In this document: in pieces, positions 39,501 to 49,515 of the stretch
Numbering within the stretch: position 1 is the first letter of the stretch
Layout: every line of letters starts with the position of its first letter
NCBI GenBank assembly: GCA_049322915.1
Contig: JBMOPW010000014.1
Span: 96,001-160,000, forward strand
From: Candidatus Zhuqueibacterota bacterium
GTDB lineage: Bacteria > Zhuqueibacterota > Zhuqueibacteria > Thermofontimicrobiales > Thermofontimicrobiaceae
Length of the DNA stretch: 64,000 nucleotides
Direction: 5' to 3'
Program-made: the position numbers and the translations under genes
The notes under the pieces: model-generated
Databases searched by the model: none
Told to the model about the DNA's origin: nothing
The model's input: only the letters and a program-made list of their open reading frames with translations

Positions 39501-42363
39501 GTTCAACCACGAAGACATCGATGAATTGACCAATGAGGATAAATTTCCCATAATCACCAGCATGACCTGTCACACCGGCCGGTTTGCCAACCCGGATATC
39601 ACCAGTTTTGGCGAGCATTTTATTTTCGCGGACGCCAAAGGCGCTGTTGCCTTCTGGGGAACGACCGGCTGGGGCTATGTCTTTCAGGACAATATTTTGC
39701 TGAATCACCTGTTCAAGACGACCATGCTCGATACCTGCCATTTTATCGGCGTGGGAATGACCTATGCCAAGTATAAAATGTGGGAAGACCTGGGGCCGAG
39801 CGTTTACAATAACAATATCATCCATCAGTACACGCTGTTGGGCGACCCGCTGCTGGATCTGGCCCTGCCGGAAAAACCGGATGTGACGGTTCAGGCCGAG
39901 GATGTCGTTTTTTCGACGCCGTCCCCATCGGAGTCGGATTCGTCCATGAATGTCGGCGTCACCGTTCAAAACTGGGGACTGGCTGTGCCGGACAGTTATT
40001 TCGTTGAGGTGTTTGATCACTTCGAAAACAACAGCTCCCTGCTGGTCCGAGCCGCGCTTCCGCCGGAAACAACGCTGACCAGTCGTGTGGATTTTGACTG
40101 GAGCCTGGCCGGAAAAGCCGGGCCGCATCGCCTTCAGGTGACGGTCGATCCAGAAAATATCATTGATGAAGCGTCCGAAGCGAATAATACCTTTGAGAAT
40201 TCAATTTATATCTATTCATCAAAAGTGACAGTCTCCCGGCCGTTTGAATATCAGTTGCTCAATGCGTCGTCGGTGACTTTTCAGGTGAACAATCCTTTCG
40301 GGAATGGGAGCGACACTCCGCGCGCGTATGAATTTGAAATCGACACCACGTTTCTCTTCCAGAGTCTGATGCTGCGTAACATCTCCTCCATTCCGGAAGC
40401 CGATCTGGTGACGAAATGGGACCTGGCGGATTTGTTGGACAATACCTCTTATTTCTGGCGCTGCCGGATCAAAGAGGATGTTACGGTGGGCGACTGGACA
40501 GAATCCTCATTTCGAACCCAATTCTCCAGTCAGGGCACTATCTGGCGCCAAACAGCGCCGGCTCAATTTTTGAAAAACCCGATGAATAATTTGGTCGTTG
40601 CGAAACAAGGCATCATGTTGAAACCGCAATCCTTTGCCATGTGGGTGGAATCTGCCGGGTTTTCGGATGGCAACAACGCCCGGATACTGGTAAATTCCGT
40701 CCCTGTTCTGGAAAATCACCGCGGCCACAATCTGGTCATTATCTCGTCGGCCACGGGCCAGGTGACGCAGTCCATCGCGTTCGATACATTCGAGTCCTCG
40801 GACGACGCCAATGCCATGGCTGAATTCATCGGCGCAGTGCCGCCAGGCTGGTACGTCCTGGGCGCGATTCAGGATGAGGGCAGTATGAACATGACAGAAG
40901 CCGCGTATCAGGCGCTGGAGAGTATCGGAAGCAGGTACTGCCGTGAAGTGGCTTTTCGGGATTCGTGGGCCATCGTCGGAAGAAAGGGCGCGCCCATTGG
41001 CAGCGTCGTGGAAAAGCGAATCCCGTCCGGCCAGGGTATGGCGATTGTTCAGGACACGCTGAAGAATTATAGCACCACCGGCTCCATCACGTCCGGCGCC
41101 ATCGGCCCATCAAACGGCTGGAATGCGGTGCTGTTGGACGTGGAAAAATCGGCTGCCAGTTCAAGTCTGTCTCTGGACGTGCTGGGATTCAATAAAAAGA
41201 CAGCAGTCTGGGACACGCTGCTCGCCGGGCAGTCGGACAATACTATCGACCTGAGTGCCATCGATGCGCGCGTTCATTCCGCTGTAAAATTGCGGGCGAG
41301 GCTTGCCGACGTCGACGGAGTGAATACGCCGGTCTTGAAAAAATGGTCTGTTTCGTACGATCCGGTGGCTGACCCGGCCATTGCGCCGGAGGTGATCTCC
41401 TTCAGCGCAGATTCGGTGCTGGTGGGTGAAGCGCTTCAGGTTTCCGTGGATGTGCATAACGTCGGGATGGCTGCATCGGATAGCGTGTTGTGCCGGCTGA
41501 GTTCGGTTCTGGTGAGCGGAACAGCGCCGGAAGCGCCGCAGGAAAAATATGCGTTGACTGTGCCTGTTGATAGCTTCCGCACCGTGGATTTTGTGTGGAA
41601 CGCCCCGTCTCATCCGGGACGATATGCGCTCAAGTTCGAAATTGATCCGGAGAACGTCGTCAATGAACTGTCTGAAATGAACAATTATTTCTCCCGCGAA
41701 ATTCAGGTGCTTCCGGATACGACCGATCCGCGTTTCACAATCACCTATGATGGCAAGCAGATACTGGACGGCGACTTCATCGCGTACCGGCCGACGATCG
41801 TCGTCAGCATATACGATAACAGCTCGTTGCAGTTCAAAGATGACACCACCCGCGTCCGGCTGGTGCTGGATAATGCGCCGGTTCCCTATGCCGGCGCGCA
41901 GAGCCGGCTCACGGTGCTGGCCGTTCCGAGCGACGGCGACTCGTCGCTGAAAACCCGGATTCGGTTCAATCCGGAATTGTCCGATGGCAGCCATGTGCTG
42001 GAGCTATTCATTCAGGACGCCAGCGATAATCTGATCTACGAGCACGATGAATTTCGCGTCGCCAATGAGCTGCGATTGGTGGATGTTCTGAACTTCCCGA
42101 ATCCATTTTCGGAACACACCGACTTCACATTCTTCCTGACGAAAAACGCGGAGCGGCTCTCCATTAAAATCTACACAATCGCCGGGCGACTGATTCGAAC
42201 GATGGAGGAATTTCATCTGGAACCGGGATTCTGCCAAATCCACTGGGATGGCCGGGATCAGGACGGGGATGAAATTGCCAATGGCGTTTATCTGTACAAA
42301 GTCATCGCCCGAAGCAGCAGCGAACAGGTGGAGACCCTGGGAAAGCTGGTCATGATGAAATGA
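36505..42363 (+). CDS. C25-family (gingipain/PorU-like) cysteine peptidase with propeptide, two ILEI/GG-lectin domains, CARDB domains and FlgD-Ig C-terminal domain
   Basis: GKPQLP propeptide; ADYIIITH, YDEFNYG, LFGDASYD, SDNWY, VGRIPV, FLGHAG (His), MTCHTG (Cys), YTLLGDP; two RGHNL...DT(F)...DEGS...FRDSWA..GRKG repeats; VDPEN...E..E.NN CARDB motifs; NFPNPF...WDGRD...NGVY...KLVMMK tail. Confidence 0.88.
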   Translation: MKSNRCTGAPGYLTLLLALLFIPHLATATADSPVVDILESTPARIVFSVRPFQVTFQPKTVDGVVYSLPSIPGYSLSQAPGKPQLPHYGLLVGIPENAAPSIEQLSLQTSQMPRQKIYPSPALELTGDAGQEYLTEKFTIDEGLYSTNSYHPQQAVTISSIGYVRGQRIARIEFNPLSYNPISDDVRKIESLIFAVNFNAPNADQRVTPATRGKSDPFDAISGRLLTNYSIARNWKIPGATMGAQFAEAKNMMDWHDPNNTYFQLTVSQSGIYRLDQAYLVNNGINVGAINPQTMKIFNRGIEIPLFVKGEEDGRFDAEDYAAFYGKKNPGDSTYYDLYSDDNVYWLTWDDTPGSRMEVRASLAASRHAPQVYIEKVYLEQENVFHEGDNSIATLTTDLVDGEGWVWCFLYGGDNQIANFQVSQIADTAIDCTIKVKLHGTTRDPVFPDHHVQIVLNDAVLDDVYLDNTETLFYAKTFDRSLLREGENEIEVKSVGDTGAELDQIYLDRIEVEYPRQLIAEKNQIRYTFAPSAPTSARFELWDFASPNLKVFDVRHQEIIQPEIIAPGKKITLRVRSAGFDDGNSVAMYINGKWVFGNLSRGHNLMVLDERTGQVLDRRGYDTFDTADAADSLAAYIQRIPPGRLVLAGIKDEGSVLMNEAAHQALESLGSQFTRNVKFRDSWALIGRKGAAAGSVPEKLTPTGTGAADLVSVQILPGDGSEYYVAFNDSLVNERTYLVVSEDSMRHPDRMKVARPFSLRETEPGADYIIITHENFLSGAHALAQYRSEHNDLRTKVIMIDDVYDEFNYGIVDPRAVKDFLYYAYSHWREPAPTYLVLFGDASYDFKKNSGETAKENFVPSYGSPVSDNWYVCFDGPDDFLPEMIVGRIPVETADQADIILDKIMIYESAPSAGWKKDMLFITGGFNQGEQATFMAQTNTLIEKYIAVPPSLCHPFQINKLTTGYIAGEKSQEIIHAFETGKLWINFLGHAGSNTWDLMFNHEDIDELTNEDKFPIITSMTCHTGRFANPDITSFGEHFIFADAKGAVAFWGTTGWGYVFQDNILLNHLFKTTMLDTCHFIGVGMTYAKYKMWEDLGPSVYNNNIIHQYTLLGDPLLDLALPEKPDVTVQAEDVVFSTPSPSESDSSMNVGVTVQNWGLAVPDSYFVEVFDHFENNSSLLVRAALPPETTLTSRVDFDWSLAGKAGPHRLQVTVDPENIIDEASEANNTFENSIYIYSSKVTVSRPFEYQLLNASSVTFQVNNPFGNGSDTPRAYEFEIDTTFLFQSLMLRNISSIPEADLVTKWDLADLLDNTSYFWRCRIKEDVTVGDWTESSFRTQFSSQGTIWRQTAPAQFLKNPMNNLVVAKQGIMLKPQSFAMWVESAGFSDGNNARILVNSVPVLENHRGHNLVIISSATGQVTQSIAFDTFESSDDANAMAEFIGAVPPGWYVLGAIQDEGSMNMTEAAYQALESIGSRYCREVAFRDSWAIVGRKGAPIGSVVEKRIPSGQGMAIVQDTLKNYSTTGSITSGAIGPSNGWNAVLLDVEKSAASSSLSLDVLGFNKKTAVWDTLLAGQSDNTIDLSAIDARVHSAVKLRARLADVDGVNTPVLKKWSVSYDPVADPAIAPEVISFSADSVLVGEALQVSVDVHNVGMAASDSVLCRLSSVLVSGTAPEAPQEKYALTVPVDSFRTVDFVWNAPSHPGRYALKFEIDPENVVNELSEMNNYFSREIQVLPDTTDPRFTITYDGKQILDGDFIAYRPTIVVSIYDNSSLQFKDDTTRVRLVLDNAPVPYAGAQSRLTVLAVPSDGDSSLKTRIRFNPELSDGSHVLELFIQDASDNLIYEHDEFRVANELRLVDVLNFPNPFSEHTDFTFFLTKNAERLSIKIYTIAGRLIRTMEEFHLEPGFCQIHWDGRDQDGDEIANGVYLYKVIARSSSEQVETLGKLVMMK

Positions 42364-42695
42364 CAGGCGCGTCGGCGATTTATTGAAGCATGTCCCTTCC
42401 TGTTGGCAGTGATGACCTGCTGGATTCCCCCTGTGCAACTTGAGTGACTTCCGAATAAATTACCGGCATCGATCGTCATCCCGCTTTACGGAGACCTGCG
42501 CCTGTCGCTGCAGTTGGCAGTTCGTTCGGCTATCTCGCATCTTTTCCTGCAACGACTCCCGCCCGTTGTCCGCGCTCTGAGCATGTGAAAAAGGGATGAA
42601 GTGCATCGCTTCGGCGCGTTTCAATCCTTGGAAAAACCATCCGATCATGATGAAAAAACATCGTTGCTCAAAATCGAGGAATTCGTATTTAGTCA

Positions 42696-42724
42696 TTGAA
42701 TTTTACAAATCTGTTTTTTATATT
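42696..42724 (+). promoter_or_regulatory. Putative sigma-70 promoter for the second glycan sub-operon
   Basis: TTGAAT-17 bp-TATATT about 110 bp upstream of 42836. Confidence 0.5.
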
Positions 42725-42835
42725 AGCCACAATTCTTTGGGGAGTTAGCGGGCAATTTCTGTGGCTGCTTCGGACAGGAAATGCGATGCAACCCGTTTTG
42801 TCAGTCGACTGGTTCGGCGTTGAATAAGCCGGGAG

Positions 42836-44104
42836 ATGAGAAAATTAGCCGGGACATTCGGGCTACCCCGCCATGCCCTGAAAACGAAATCATTGTGGGA
42901 GAACGCTTTGCAAGTAAATCATGTGGAATCCAACTGGCACACGACCCTATATATTCTGATCCTCATCTTCATCGCTTTTTCGCTGATCTCAATCGCCGGC
43001 ACCCATATCACCCTGGGGCTAATCGCTCTGGTCTGGCTGGCGCAGATGATTCTTTCGCGACAGATGACCATTGAAAAGACGTCGCTGGAAATTGCATTTG
43101 GAATTTTCGTCCTGGCGCTGCTGGTCGCTTCGGCTTTTTCGGCGCAACCGCGGGAGAGTTTCATCAACCTGAAAAATGTGCTGCTCATCAGCGTGGTTTA
43201 TATCGTGTCGTCCAATCTGCTCCGGCAGCGCGAAATCATCACGGCCATCGATGTTTTTGTCGGCGTTGCCACAGTGATGGCTGCGATTGGATTGCTCAGC
43301 ACGGACATTCTCGGCGGCAAGCGGGTGATGGGATTCAAATCCACCACCATGACCTGGGGCGCCATGTCGGCTATTTTCACCAGCATCACCGGAAGCCTGT
43401 TTTTGTTCGTGAAGAATTCGAAAAAGCGGTGGCTTTATCTGGGCGCGTTTGTGATTCAATTTGTGAGCATGTTGTTCTCCTACGTCCGCGGCTCCTGGCT
43501 TGGCTTTCTGGCCAGCGTCCTGATTCTGATCCTTGTGAAGAATAAAAAATTACTCCTCTTTTTCATTGTGCTCATGGTGATCGTCTTCATCGCTGCGCCG
43601 GATTCCATTCAGAACAGAGTATTGAGCATCACGGACATGAACGTCGGTTCCACCAAAGTCCGATTCACCCAATGGGGCAACGCCGTGAAAATTCTCAAAG
43701 ACCATCCCATCGTCGGTGTCGGCTGGATCGATCTGGGCGAGATTCACCGGGCCTATGCGCCGGAGGGTGCGGATTTGAATTATCAGGCATATCGCATCGG
43801 GCACTTTCACAATAATTTCGTGATGATCGCGGTCTGTTTTGGCCTGGTCGGACTGGCGGCAGTGCTGTTCATGGTATTCAAAATATTTCAGATTGAACTG
43901 AAGATACACCGGGCTCTGCATGAGAAAAATTCAGTCCTGTCCGGCTGGGTGATTGGCAGCGTTGCCGCGTATGCCGGATTCTGGGTGAACGGCCTCTTCG
44001 ATTGGACGTTCGGCGATGCGGAACCGGCCACGCTCATCTGGCTGACAATTGGCCTTTCCATCGCCATTGGAAAACGCATCGCAAAGCCGTCCAACGGAAA
44101 TTGA
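42836..44104 (+). CDS. O-antigen ligase family protein (WaaL/Wzy_C-like)
   Basis: Multi-TM; SYVRGSWLG, RFTQW, HPIVGVG, HFHNNF. Confidence 0.85.
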   Translation: MRKLAGTFGLPRHALKTKSLWENALQVNHVESNWHTTLYILILIFIAFSLISIAGTHITLGLIALVWLAQMILSRQMTIEKTSLEIAFGIFVLALLVASAFSAQPRESFINLKNVLLISVVYIVSSNLLRQREIITAIDVFVGVATVMAAIGLLSTDILGGKRVMGFKSTTMTWGAMSAIFTSITGSLFLFVKNSKKRWLYLGAFVIQFVSMLFSYVRGSWLGFLASVLILILVKNKKLLLFFIVLMVIVFIAAPDSIQNRVLSITDMNVGSTKVRFTQWGNAVKILKDHPIVGVGWIDLGEIHRAYAPEGADLNYQAYRIGHFHNNFVMIAVCFGLVGLAAVLFMVFKIFQIELKIHRALHEKNSVLSGWVIGSVAAYAGFWVNGLFDWTFGDAEPATLIWLTIGLSIAIGKRIAKPSNGN

Positions 44105-44106
44105 TT

Positions 44107-45372
44107 ATGGGAATTGTTAAAATATTTTCGGTGAGTTTAATCGCAGAAGGCCTGGTGATTCTGACCGGCTTTGTCAACAGCATTATCATCACACGCAACC
44201 TGGACCTGCCTGGCCGCGGCAAATACGCGCTGACAATGAATATCATCACCATGCTGAGCCTCATTTTCGGCGACGGAATTTACCGCGCTAATACGTATTT
44301 GCTGAGCGTCGACAGGAAGAAATTGTCGGTGCTTTTCAGCAACAGCATCGTCGCCATCACCGCCGTAGGCGCGTTGCTGCTGGTCGGTGTGTTGCTGCTG
44401 ACCGAGGGGCTCATTCAAACGCTGGTGCCGGGGATGAACTTCAGCCTGTTGCTTGTGGCAATTTCCAGCGTCATCCCCTATTTGTTCATTCGCAGTTACA
44501 GCGGGCTTTTTTTGGGATTGCAGCATTATTACACTTACAATTTCTTCGTCGTCGCTCCGTTGGTTTTGTACTGTTTTTTCAACGTCGGCCTTTACTTCTG
44601 GGCTGATTTCACGCCGATGATGGTGATGCAGAATTATCTGATCTCCCTGACCGTGATTTTTATTTATTCCACCATAAAGATGTTGCGCGTGGGAACGTTG
44701 CAGTTACGGCCGGATTGGACAGTGGGCAAGGAGACGCTGGCGATTGGCTTCCGATCCGGCGCATCGAGCATTCCGCTGTACCTGCTTTTCCGCGTGGATG
44801 TTTTTCTCATCAACTATTTTCTGGGAATTGACCAGGCTGGTATCTATTCCGTGGCAGTGATACTTTCAGAACTGCTTCAAAAATTTGCCAATACCTCCGG
44901 CACCGTGATCTTTCCCAAGATTTCCGGGAAAGAGAAGTCGAAAAAAAGCAGAAGTCTTTCCATCAGGGTTGTGCTGTTTGTTCTATCCGTCGGTCTTGTC
45001 TTTGGACTGTTTCTGTGGTTCATGGGCGAAAAGATCATCGTCTTTTTGTACAAGGACAAATACCTCGCTGCCGCAGATGTCCTGTATTGGCTCCTGCCCG
45101 GGACGATTGTCATGGCTGCCGGAAAGATATTTCTATTTTCGCTCTGGGGAAAAGGATTCCCTCGGGTAACTGTGATTGTTCCAGTCATTGCGTTTATTCT
45201 GAACACCATTTTAAATCTATCGCTCATCCCAAAATACGGCATGATCGGTTCGGCAGTGAGCACGTCGATTTCGTACATCTTTTTCGGAGTGAGCCTGGCG
45301 CTTTACTTTTTCATTGCGGAGCGATTCGAAATGAGCGGCCAGATAGAGGATGTTCAGGCTGCCGAAGCGTGA
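44107..45372 (+). CDS. Wzx-type oligosaccharide flippase (copy 2)
   Basis: RNL...GRGKY, RVDVFLINYFLG..QAGIYSVA, LIPKYGMIGSA; real start ATG 44107. Confidence 0.85.
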   Translation: MGIVKIFSVSLIAEGLVILTGFVNSIIITRNLDLPGRGKYALTMNIITMLSLIFGDGIYRANTYLLSVDRKKLSVLFSNSIVAITAVGALLLVGVLLLTEGLIQTLVPGMNFSLLLVAISSVIPYLFIRSYSGLFLGLQHYYTYNFFVVAPLVLYCFFNVGLYFWADFTPMMVMQNYLISLTVIFIYSTIKMLRVGTLQLRPDWTVGKETLAIGFRSGASSIPLYLLFRVDVFLINYFLGIDQAGIYSVAVILSELLQKFANTSGTVIFPKISGKEKSKKSRSLSIRVVLFVLSVGLVFGLFLWFMGEKIIVFLYKDKYLAAADVLYWLLPGTIVMAAGKIFLFSLWGKGFPRVTVIVPVIAFILNTILNLSLIPKYGMIGSAVSTSISYIFFGVSLALYFFIAERFEMSGQIEDVQAAEA

Positions 45373-45479
45373 CGCGCATCGCCCCGGGCCGGGCGATTGT
45401 TACAGTCGCTTTCCCCGCTGATATTGTGAGAGCGCGCTACCATAGAAAAAAACAGCCGGAGTTGTTGCCCGAATTCCCC

Positions 45480-46607
45480 ATGAATACTGAGAAAACGATA
45501 AAACTCTGTCACATCACAACGGTTCATCCCGTCCGGGATGTCCGGATTTTTTTCAAAGAGTGCGTCAGCGCCGCAAGGTTCGGCTACGACACGCATCTGA
45601 TCGTCCGGCATGATCGGGATGAGACCGCGGATGGCGTTAAAATTCTCGCTCTGCCGCTGGCGCCGGCAAAGGGATTGCGGCGTCCGGTCAATATGTTCCG
45701 CGCTCTGAAACGGGCGCTGGCCGTGAAAGCGGACATCTACCAATTCCACGATCCGGAACTGCTCATCATTGGCATGCTGCTCAAAGTGCTGACGCGCGCG
45801 AAAATCATCTACGATGTTCACGAGGACATCCGGAAACAGACGCTGGGAAAATCATGGATAGCTCCCTGGCTGCGGCGGCCTGTCGCGTTCGGTTTGCATG
45901 CGTTGGAATCGTTGGGCGAGCAATTTTTCGATGCCATTATTGTGGCGGAAGATTCCTACATTCCAAATTTTTGTCGCGCGCCGGTTGTCATTTATAATTA
46001 TCCGATTTTAAAAGAATACCCGCACCGGCAAGGCGCGTCGCATGGCGCCAATCTCATCTATGTCGGCGCTATCACCAGGATGCGGGGCGCGTTTGAAATG
46101 ATCGCAGCGGTCGAGCTGCTGGCGCGGCGATTCCCCGACGTGAAACTGTATCTCATTGGACAATTTTTTCCGGCGTCGCTGGAGCGAGAGGTGAAAGAGC
46201 GGATTGCCCGGGCCGGGCTGGAGAAAAACATTGTCATCACCGGCCGGATGAATTACACCGACATGTTCGGCTATCTGCAAAACGCGGATATTGGTCTGGC
46301 TGTGCTGCATCCGGATGGCAACTACATCCATTCGCTTCCAACCAAGATGTTCGAGTATATGATGCTGGGAAAGCCGGTAGTTGTCTCGCATTTCCCGCTG
46401 TGGGAGGGGATTGTCCGTGAAGCCGGCTGCGGAGTCGTCGTCGATCCGCTTGCCCCGGAAGACATTGCAGAAAAAGTCGCCGTTCTGATAACGGATGAAA
46501 AGCGCCGGAACGAAATGGGCGAGAACGGGCGGAAAGCGGTTTTCGAAAAATTTAACTGGTCGAGTGAAGAGGAGAAGCTGATCGCATGCTATCGAAAATT
46601 GATCTGA
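45480..46607 (+). CDS. Glycosyltransferase family 4
   Basis: TTVHP..DVRIF.KEC, YQFHDPEL, YDVHED, PTKMFEYM; real start ATG 45480. Confidence 0.9.
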   Translation: MNTEKTIKLCHITTVHPVRDVRIFFKECVSAARFGYDTHLIVRHDRDETADGVKILALPLAPAKGLRRPVNMFRALKRALAVKADIYQFHDPELLIIGMLLKVLTRAKIIYDVHEDIRKQTLGKSWIAPWLRRPVAFGLHALESLGEQFFDAIIVAEDSYIPNFCRAPVVIYNYPILKEYPHRQGASHGANLIYVGAITRMRGAFEMIAAVELLARRFPDVKLYLIGQFFPASLEREVKERIARAGLEKNIVITGRMNYTDMFGYLQNADIGLAVLHPDGNYIHSLPTKMFEYMMLGKPVVVSHFPLWEGIVREAGCGVVVDPLAPEDIAEKVAVLITDEKRRNEMGENGRKAVFEKFNWSSEEEKLIACYRKLI

Positions 46608-47398
46608 ACGATATTGGCAATGAGCGAACCATCCGGTTCCTGAAGCAAATACAGCCGGATAGTGGAATCTATAAAAACAATTACGAATACGCGTGTTACA
46701 TCGCCTTGTACCTGTTTGCCCATCGGTTCTGCGCCGGCAAAAATGTGCTCGATGCAGCGTGCGGTTTGGGCTACGGAAGCTATCTGCTCGCCACCACAGC
46801 GTGCCATGTCGAGGGAATTGATATAGATGAGTCCCGCATTGCCTATGCCCGGGAAAAATATGGGAGCGGGAGTGTCCGGTACGCTGTTTCGGAAGTGACC
46901 GACACGCCGTTCGAAAACGATAGTTTCGATGTGGTTGTCTCCATCGAGACGTTCGAGCATCTCCGGCCGGAGCAGGCCGTCCTGTTTCTCTCGGAAGTGA
47001 AACGCATTTTAAAGCCTGACGGAATTTTTATCCTGTCCACGCCCAACAAGCCGGTGTTCGACCAGATAACCCGGGTGGAAGATCATATCAACGAAATGGA
47101 TGTGGATTCGCTCCGCGAATTGTTCGCCCGACATTTTACTTCGGTACAAATGTATCATCAGCGAAAGAATGTGCTGAACGACATGAAAGCCTACTACTCC
47201 GTGATCAAAATGGATAGATTCAAACTGCGGCAATTGTTTCCCAGGCGATTGCGGAAATTTGTCAATCGATTCGTCGCCAGGGACGTCACCCGGGAAATCG
47301 ACAGCATTTTGCCGACGGTGCTCGTGCAGAAGGCCGAGTCGCCGGACGAAGTGAAACAGGCGCCCATTCAGCTTGTGGTGTGCAGCCTGCCGAAATGA
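46586..47398 (+). CDS. Class I SAM-dependent methyltransferase (probably glycan-modifying)
   Basis: VLDAACGLGYG, FDVVVSIETFEH, ILSTPN. Confidence 0.85.
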   Translation: MLSKIDLNDIGNERTIRFLKQIQPDSGIYKNNYEYACYIALYLFAHRFCAGKNVLDAACGLGYGSYLLATTACHVEGIDIDESRIAYAREKYGSGSVRYAVSEVTDTPFENDSFDVVVSIETFEHLRPEQAVLFLSEVKRILKPDGIFILSTPNKPVFDQITRVEDHINEMDVDSLRELFARHFTSVQMYHQRKNVLNDMKAYYSVIKMDRFKLRQLFPRRLRKFVNRFVARDVTREIDSILPTVLVQKAESPDEVKQAPIQLVVCSLPK

Positions 47399-47547
47399 AG
47401 CCGGCCGGTTCGGGTGCGCGGGTATTTTCGACAGCGCGAATACGCCGCTCAAATGACAATACGGCCCAAAAAGACAGTGGCAATTTACTAATTTTTTTCT
47501 TATCTTCTCATCGCAGAATTAGTATCCATAAGATGGAGAACTCAAAG

Positions 47548-48282
47548 ATGGAATTATTTACTAATATCTATTTGGGAGATAGCAGAGAGGTATTGACTCA
47601 AATACCGGATAATTCAGTGGATTTAATTTTTACATCACCACCATACGCGGATAGACGGAAGGGTACGTATGGTGGCATTCATCCGGATCACTATGTTCAA
47701 TGGTTTTTGCCAATTTCAAAAGAATTGTTAAGAGTCATGAAACCAACCGGGACGTTCATTTTGAATATCAAGGAAAAAGCAGTTGATGGAGAACGTCATA
47801 CGTATGTCATTGAGCTTATTCTTGAAATGAGAAAGCAGGGCTGGTTTTGGACCGAAGAGTTTATCTGGCACAAGAAAAACTCGTACCCTGGCAAATGGCC
47901 GAATCGGTTCAGGGACGCGTGGGAACGATTAATCCAATTCAACAAACAAAAACAGTTTGCAATGTATCAGGAAAGAGTCATGGTTCCAGTGGGATCATGG
48001 TCTGAAAATAGACTCAGCCTGCATTATTCATAGTATTTTTAAAGGAGGCTGGCTAACCTGAATGGTGCTCTTTTTAGAATAAACGTATAAAAACTGAGTT
48101 TCAAAATAGCTTAGCCTTTAGCTAATTGAAAATCTGAATGTTGACTCAAATTCTGAGCAAGTTCATGAATAATTCAGGTTAAAAAACTGAGCGAAACGGA
48201 TAAAAAAAGGGACATATCAAAAGTCGGTAGCGGCTTTGGAAAAAGTAAAAATGGTTATTTACTTAATGAGTTAGCTGTGTGA
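47548..48282 (+). pseudogene. Amino-DNA methyltransferase (beta-class), interrupted by a MITE and truncated
   Basis: GDS..VL...PDNSVDLIFTSPPY, FIWHKKNSYPGKW; frame resumes after the insert as LKKLSETDKKRDISKVGSGFGK and stops before any SAM-binding DPFxGxG motif. Confidence 0.85.
48018..48178. mobile_element. 161-bp MITE inserted in the methyltransferase gene (ends resemble IS1380-type)
   Basis: CCTGCATTATTCAT ... ATGAATAATTCAGG (14-bp inverted repeat, 1 mismatch); removing it plus the 4-bp left flank restores the MTase frame. Confidence 0.75.
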
Positions 48283-48333
48283 TAGCTTTATTAATTTTAT
48301 GATTAATTGAAGTTATACATAATGATAAAAAAG

Positions 48334-49515
48334 ATGAAAGTTAAAAAAGATTTTACTGAGAGACTATTAAATCTCATTTCAGAACCCCAGTTTATTAAAT
48401 TTGAAAATATCTTAAGTGAGCCGAATTTTTTCAAAATTGTTGGAAGAGCACACTATGAAAGATGGCATTCGTGTTTTCTGGGCTGGTTACTCGATCCTGG
48501 TGGATCGCATTTACTGTCTCATTATACTTTATTGAGATTTTTATTAATTTTATTAGATGAGAGATGTTTAAAATCAATTCGTCATCATAATTATTTACTT
48601 CTTAAAATATTACCGACGGTCGAATTCTGGGATGTAGATGTAGTACCGAATGAAAATATTTCTAAGGAAACAAGTATTAGTGGTGTGGGTCGGTTCGACA
48701 TTTTTATTTCCACCAGATACAAAGGTATTGATAATCATGAGGGGAGACTGAATTGTATAATTGAATTGAAAATTGATTCTACTCCTGACGCAAATCAGTC
48801 GAAAAAATATGCAGATTGGTTAATCGACAATCATGAAAATGATGAGAATTTATTAGTATATCTCACACCAAATCTTTTAGATAATTCAAAAAATACTATT
48901 GGGGATGATCGATGGTATTGTATTGATTATCAGCTTCTTAATGATAAATTCTTATTGCCTTTGACAGACCATCCAAACTTGAATGAAAAAGTAAAACCCT
49001 TTATCATTCAGTATATTAAAAACTTGAAAATTAGATATAAGGGAATTAAGATGGCAATAACAAATGAAGAAAAAAAATTGGCGATAGCGCTATATGAAAA
49101 ATATAGCGACATATTCGATTCGATTTATGACGCTTTGGTTATAACGGGTACTGTCGATTACAGTACTTCAGATCTACAGAAAGATGTAGGAAGAGTATAT
49201 GGAAGAATTGCTGTAAAAGTAGATAAAAAAGTAATGTCAAATGATACGGTTAGATTATTATTTCTAGATGTTTTGAAATATTTAGTAGATGAAAATTTAG
49301 TACTAAAATTACCTTTGCCTTGGGGGTCTAGTAATAAAAGGTACCTTATCACTAACGAGACTGTTCCGAAACATCCGAATGGGCGAGATTTTTTTTATCC
49401 CGTCCGCTATTTAGAGTATACGATGGAGAGTCATTTTGCACGTGAAAGGGGATTGAAGGTATTAGCGGATTTATGCAGGAAACTAGAAGTTGAATTTGAA
49501 ATAATTGATACCTAA
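48334..49515 (+). CDS. PD-(D/E)XK nuclease family protein (PDDEXK_4-like), AT-rich
   Basis: NFFKIV...E.WHS.FLGWLLDP..SH, GRFDIFI...IIELKIDS...NQ..KY. Confidence 0.8.
   Translation: MKVKKDFTERLLNLISEPQFIKFENILSEPNFFKIVGRAHYERWHSCFLGWLLDPGGSHLLSHYTLLRFLLILLDERCLKSIRHHNYLLLKILPTVEFWDVDVVPNENISKETSISGVGRFDIFISTRYKGIDNHEGRLNCIIELKIDSTPDANQSKKYADWLIDNHENDENLLVYLTPNLLDNSKNTIGDDRWYCIDYQLLNDKFLLPLTDHPNLNEKVKPFIIQYIKNLKIRYKGIKMAITNEEKKLAIALYEKYSDIFDSIYDALVITGTVDYSTSDLQKDVGRVYGRIAVKVDKKVMSNDTVRLLFLDVLKYLVDENLVLKLPLPWGSSNKRYLITNETVPKHPNGRDFFYPVRYLEYTMESHFARERGLKVLADLCRKLEVEFEIIDT

Noticed and set aside
38149..40128. 659-aa minus-strand ORF (also 41161-41994 and 37075-37776)
   Set aside because: Antisense shadows of the well-supported C25 gene; no recognisable motifs
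45015..45479. Long N-terminal extensions given by the ORF track (also 44002, 47380, 49768, 24312, 6638, 4791)
   Set aside because: They overlap upstream genes or intergenic DNA; family motifs begin at downstream ATGs used in the feature list
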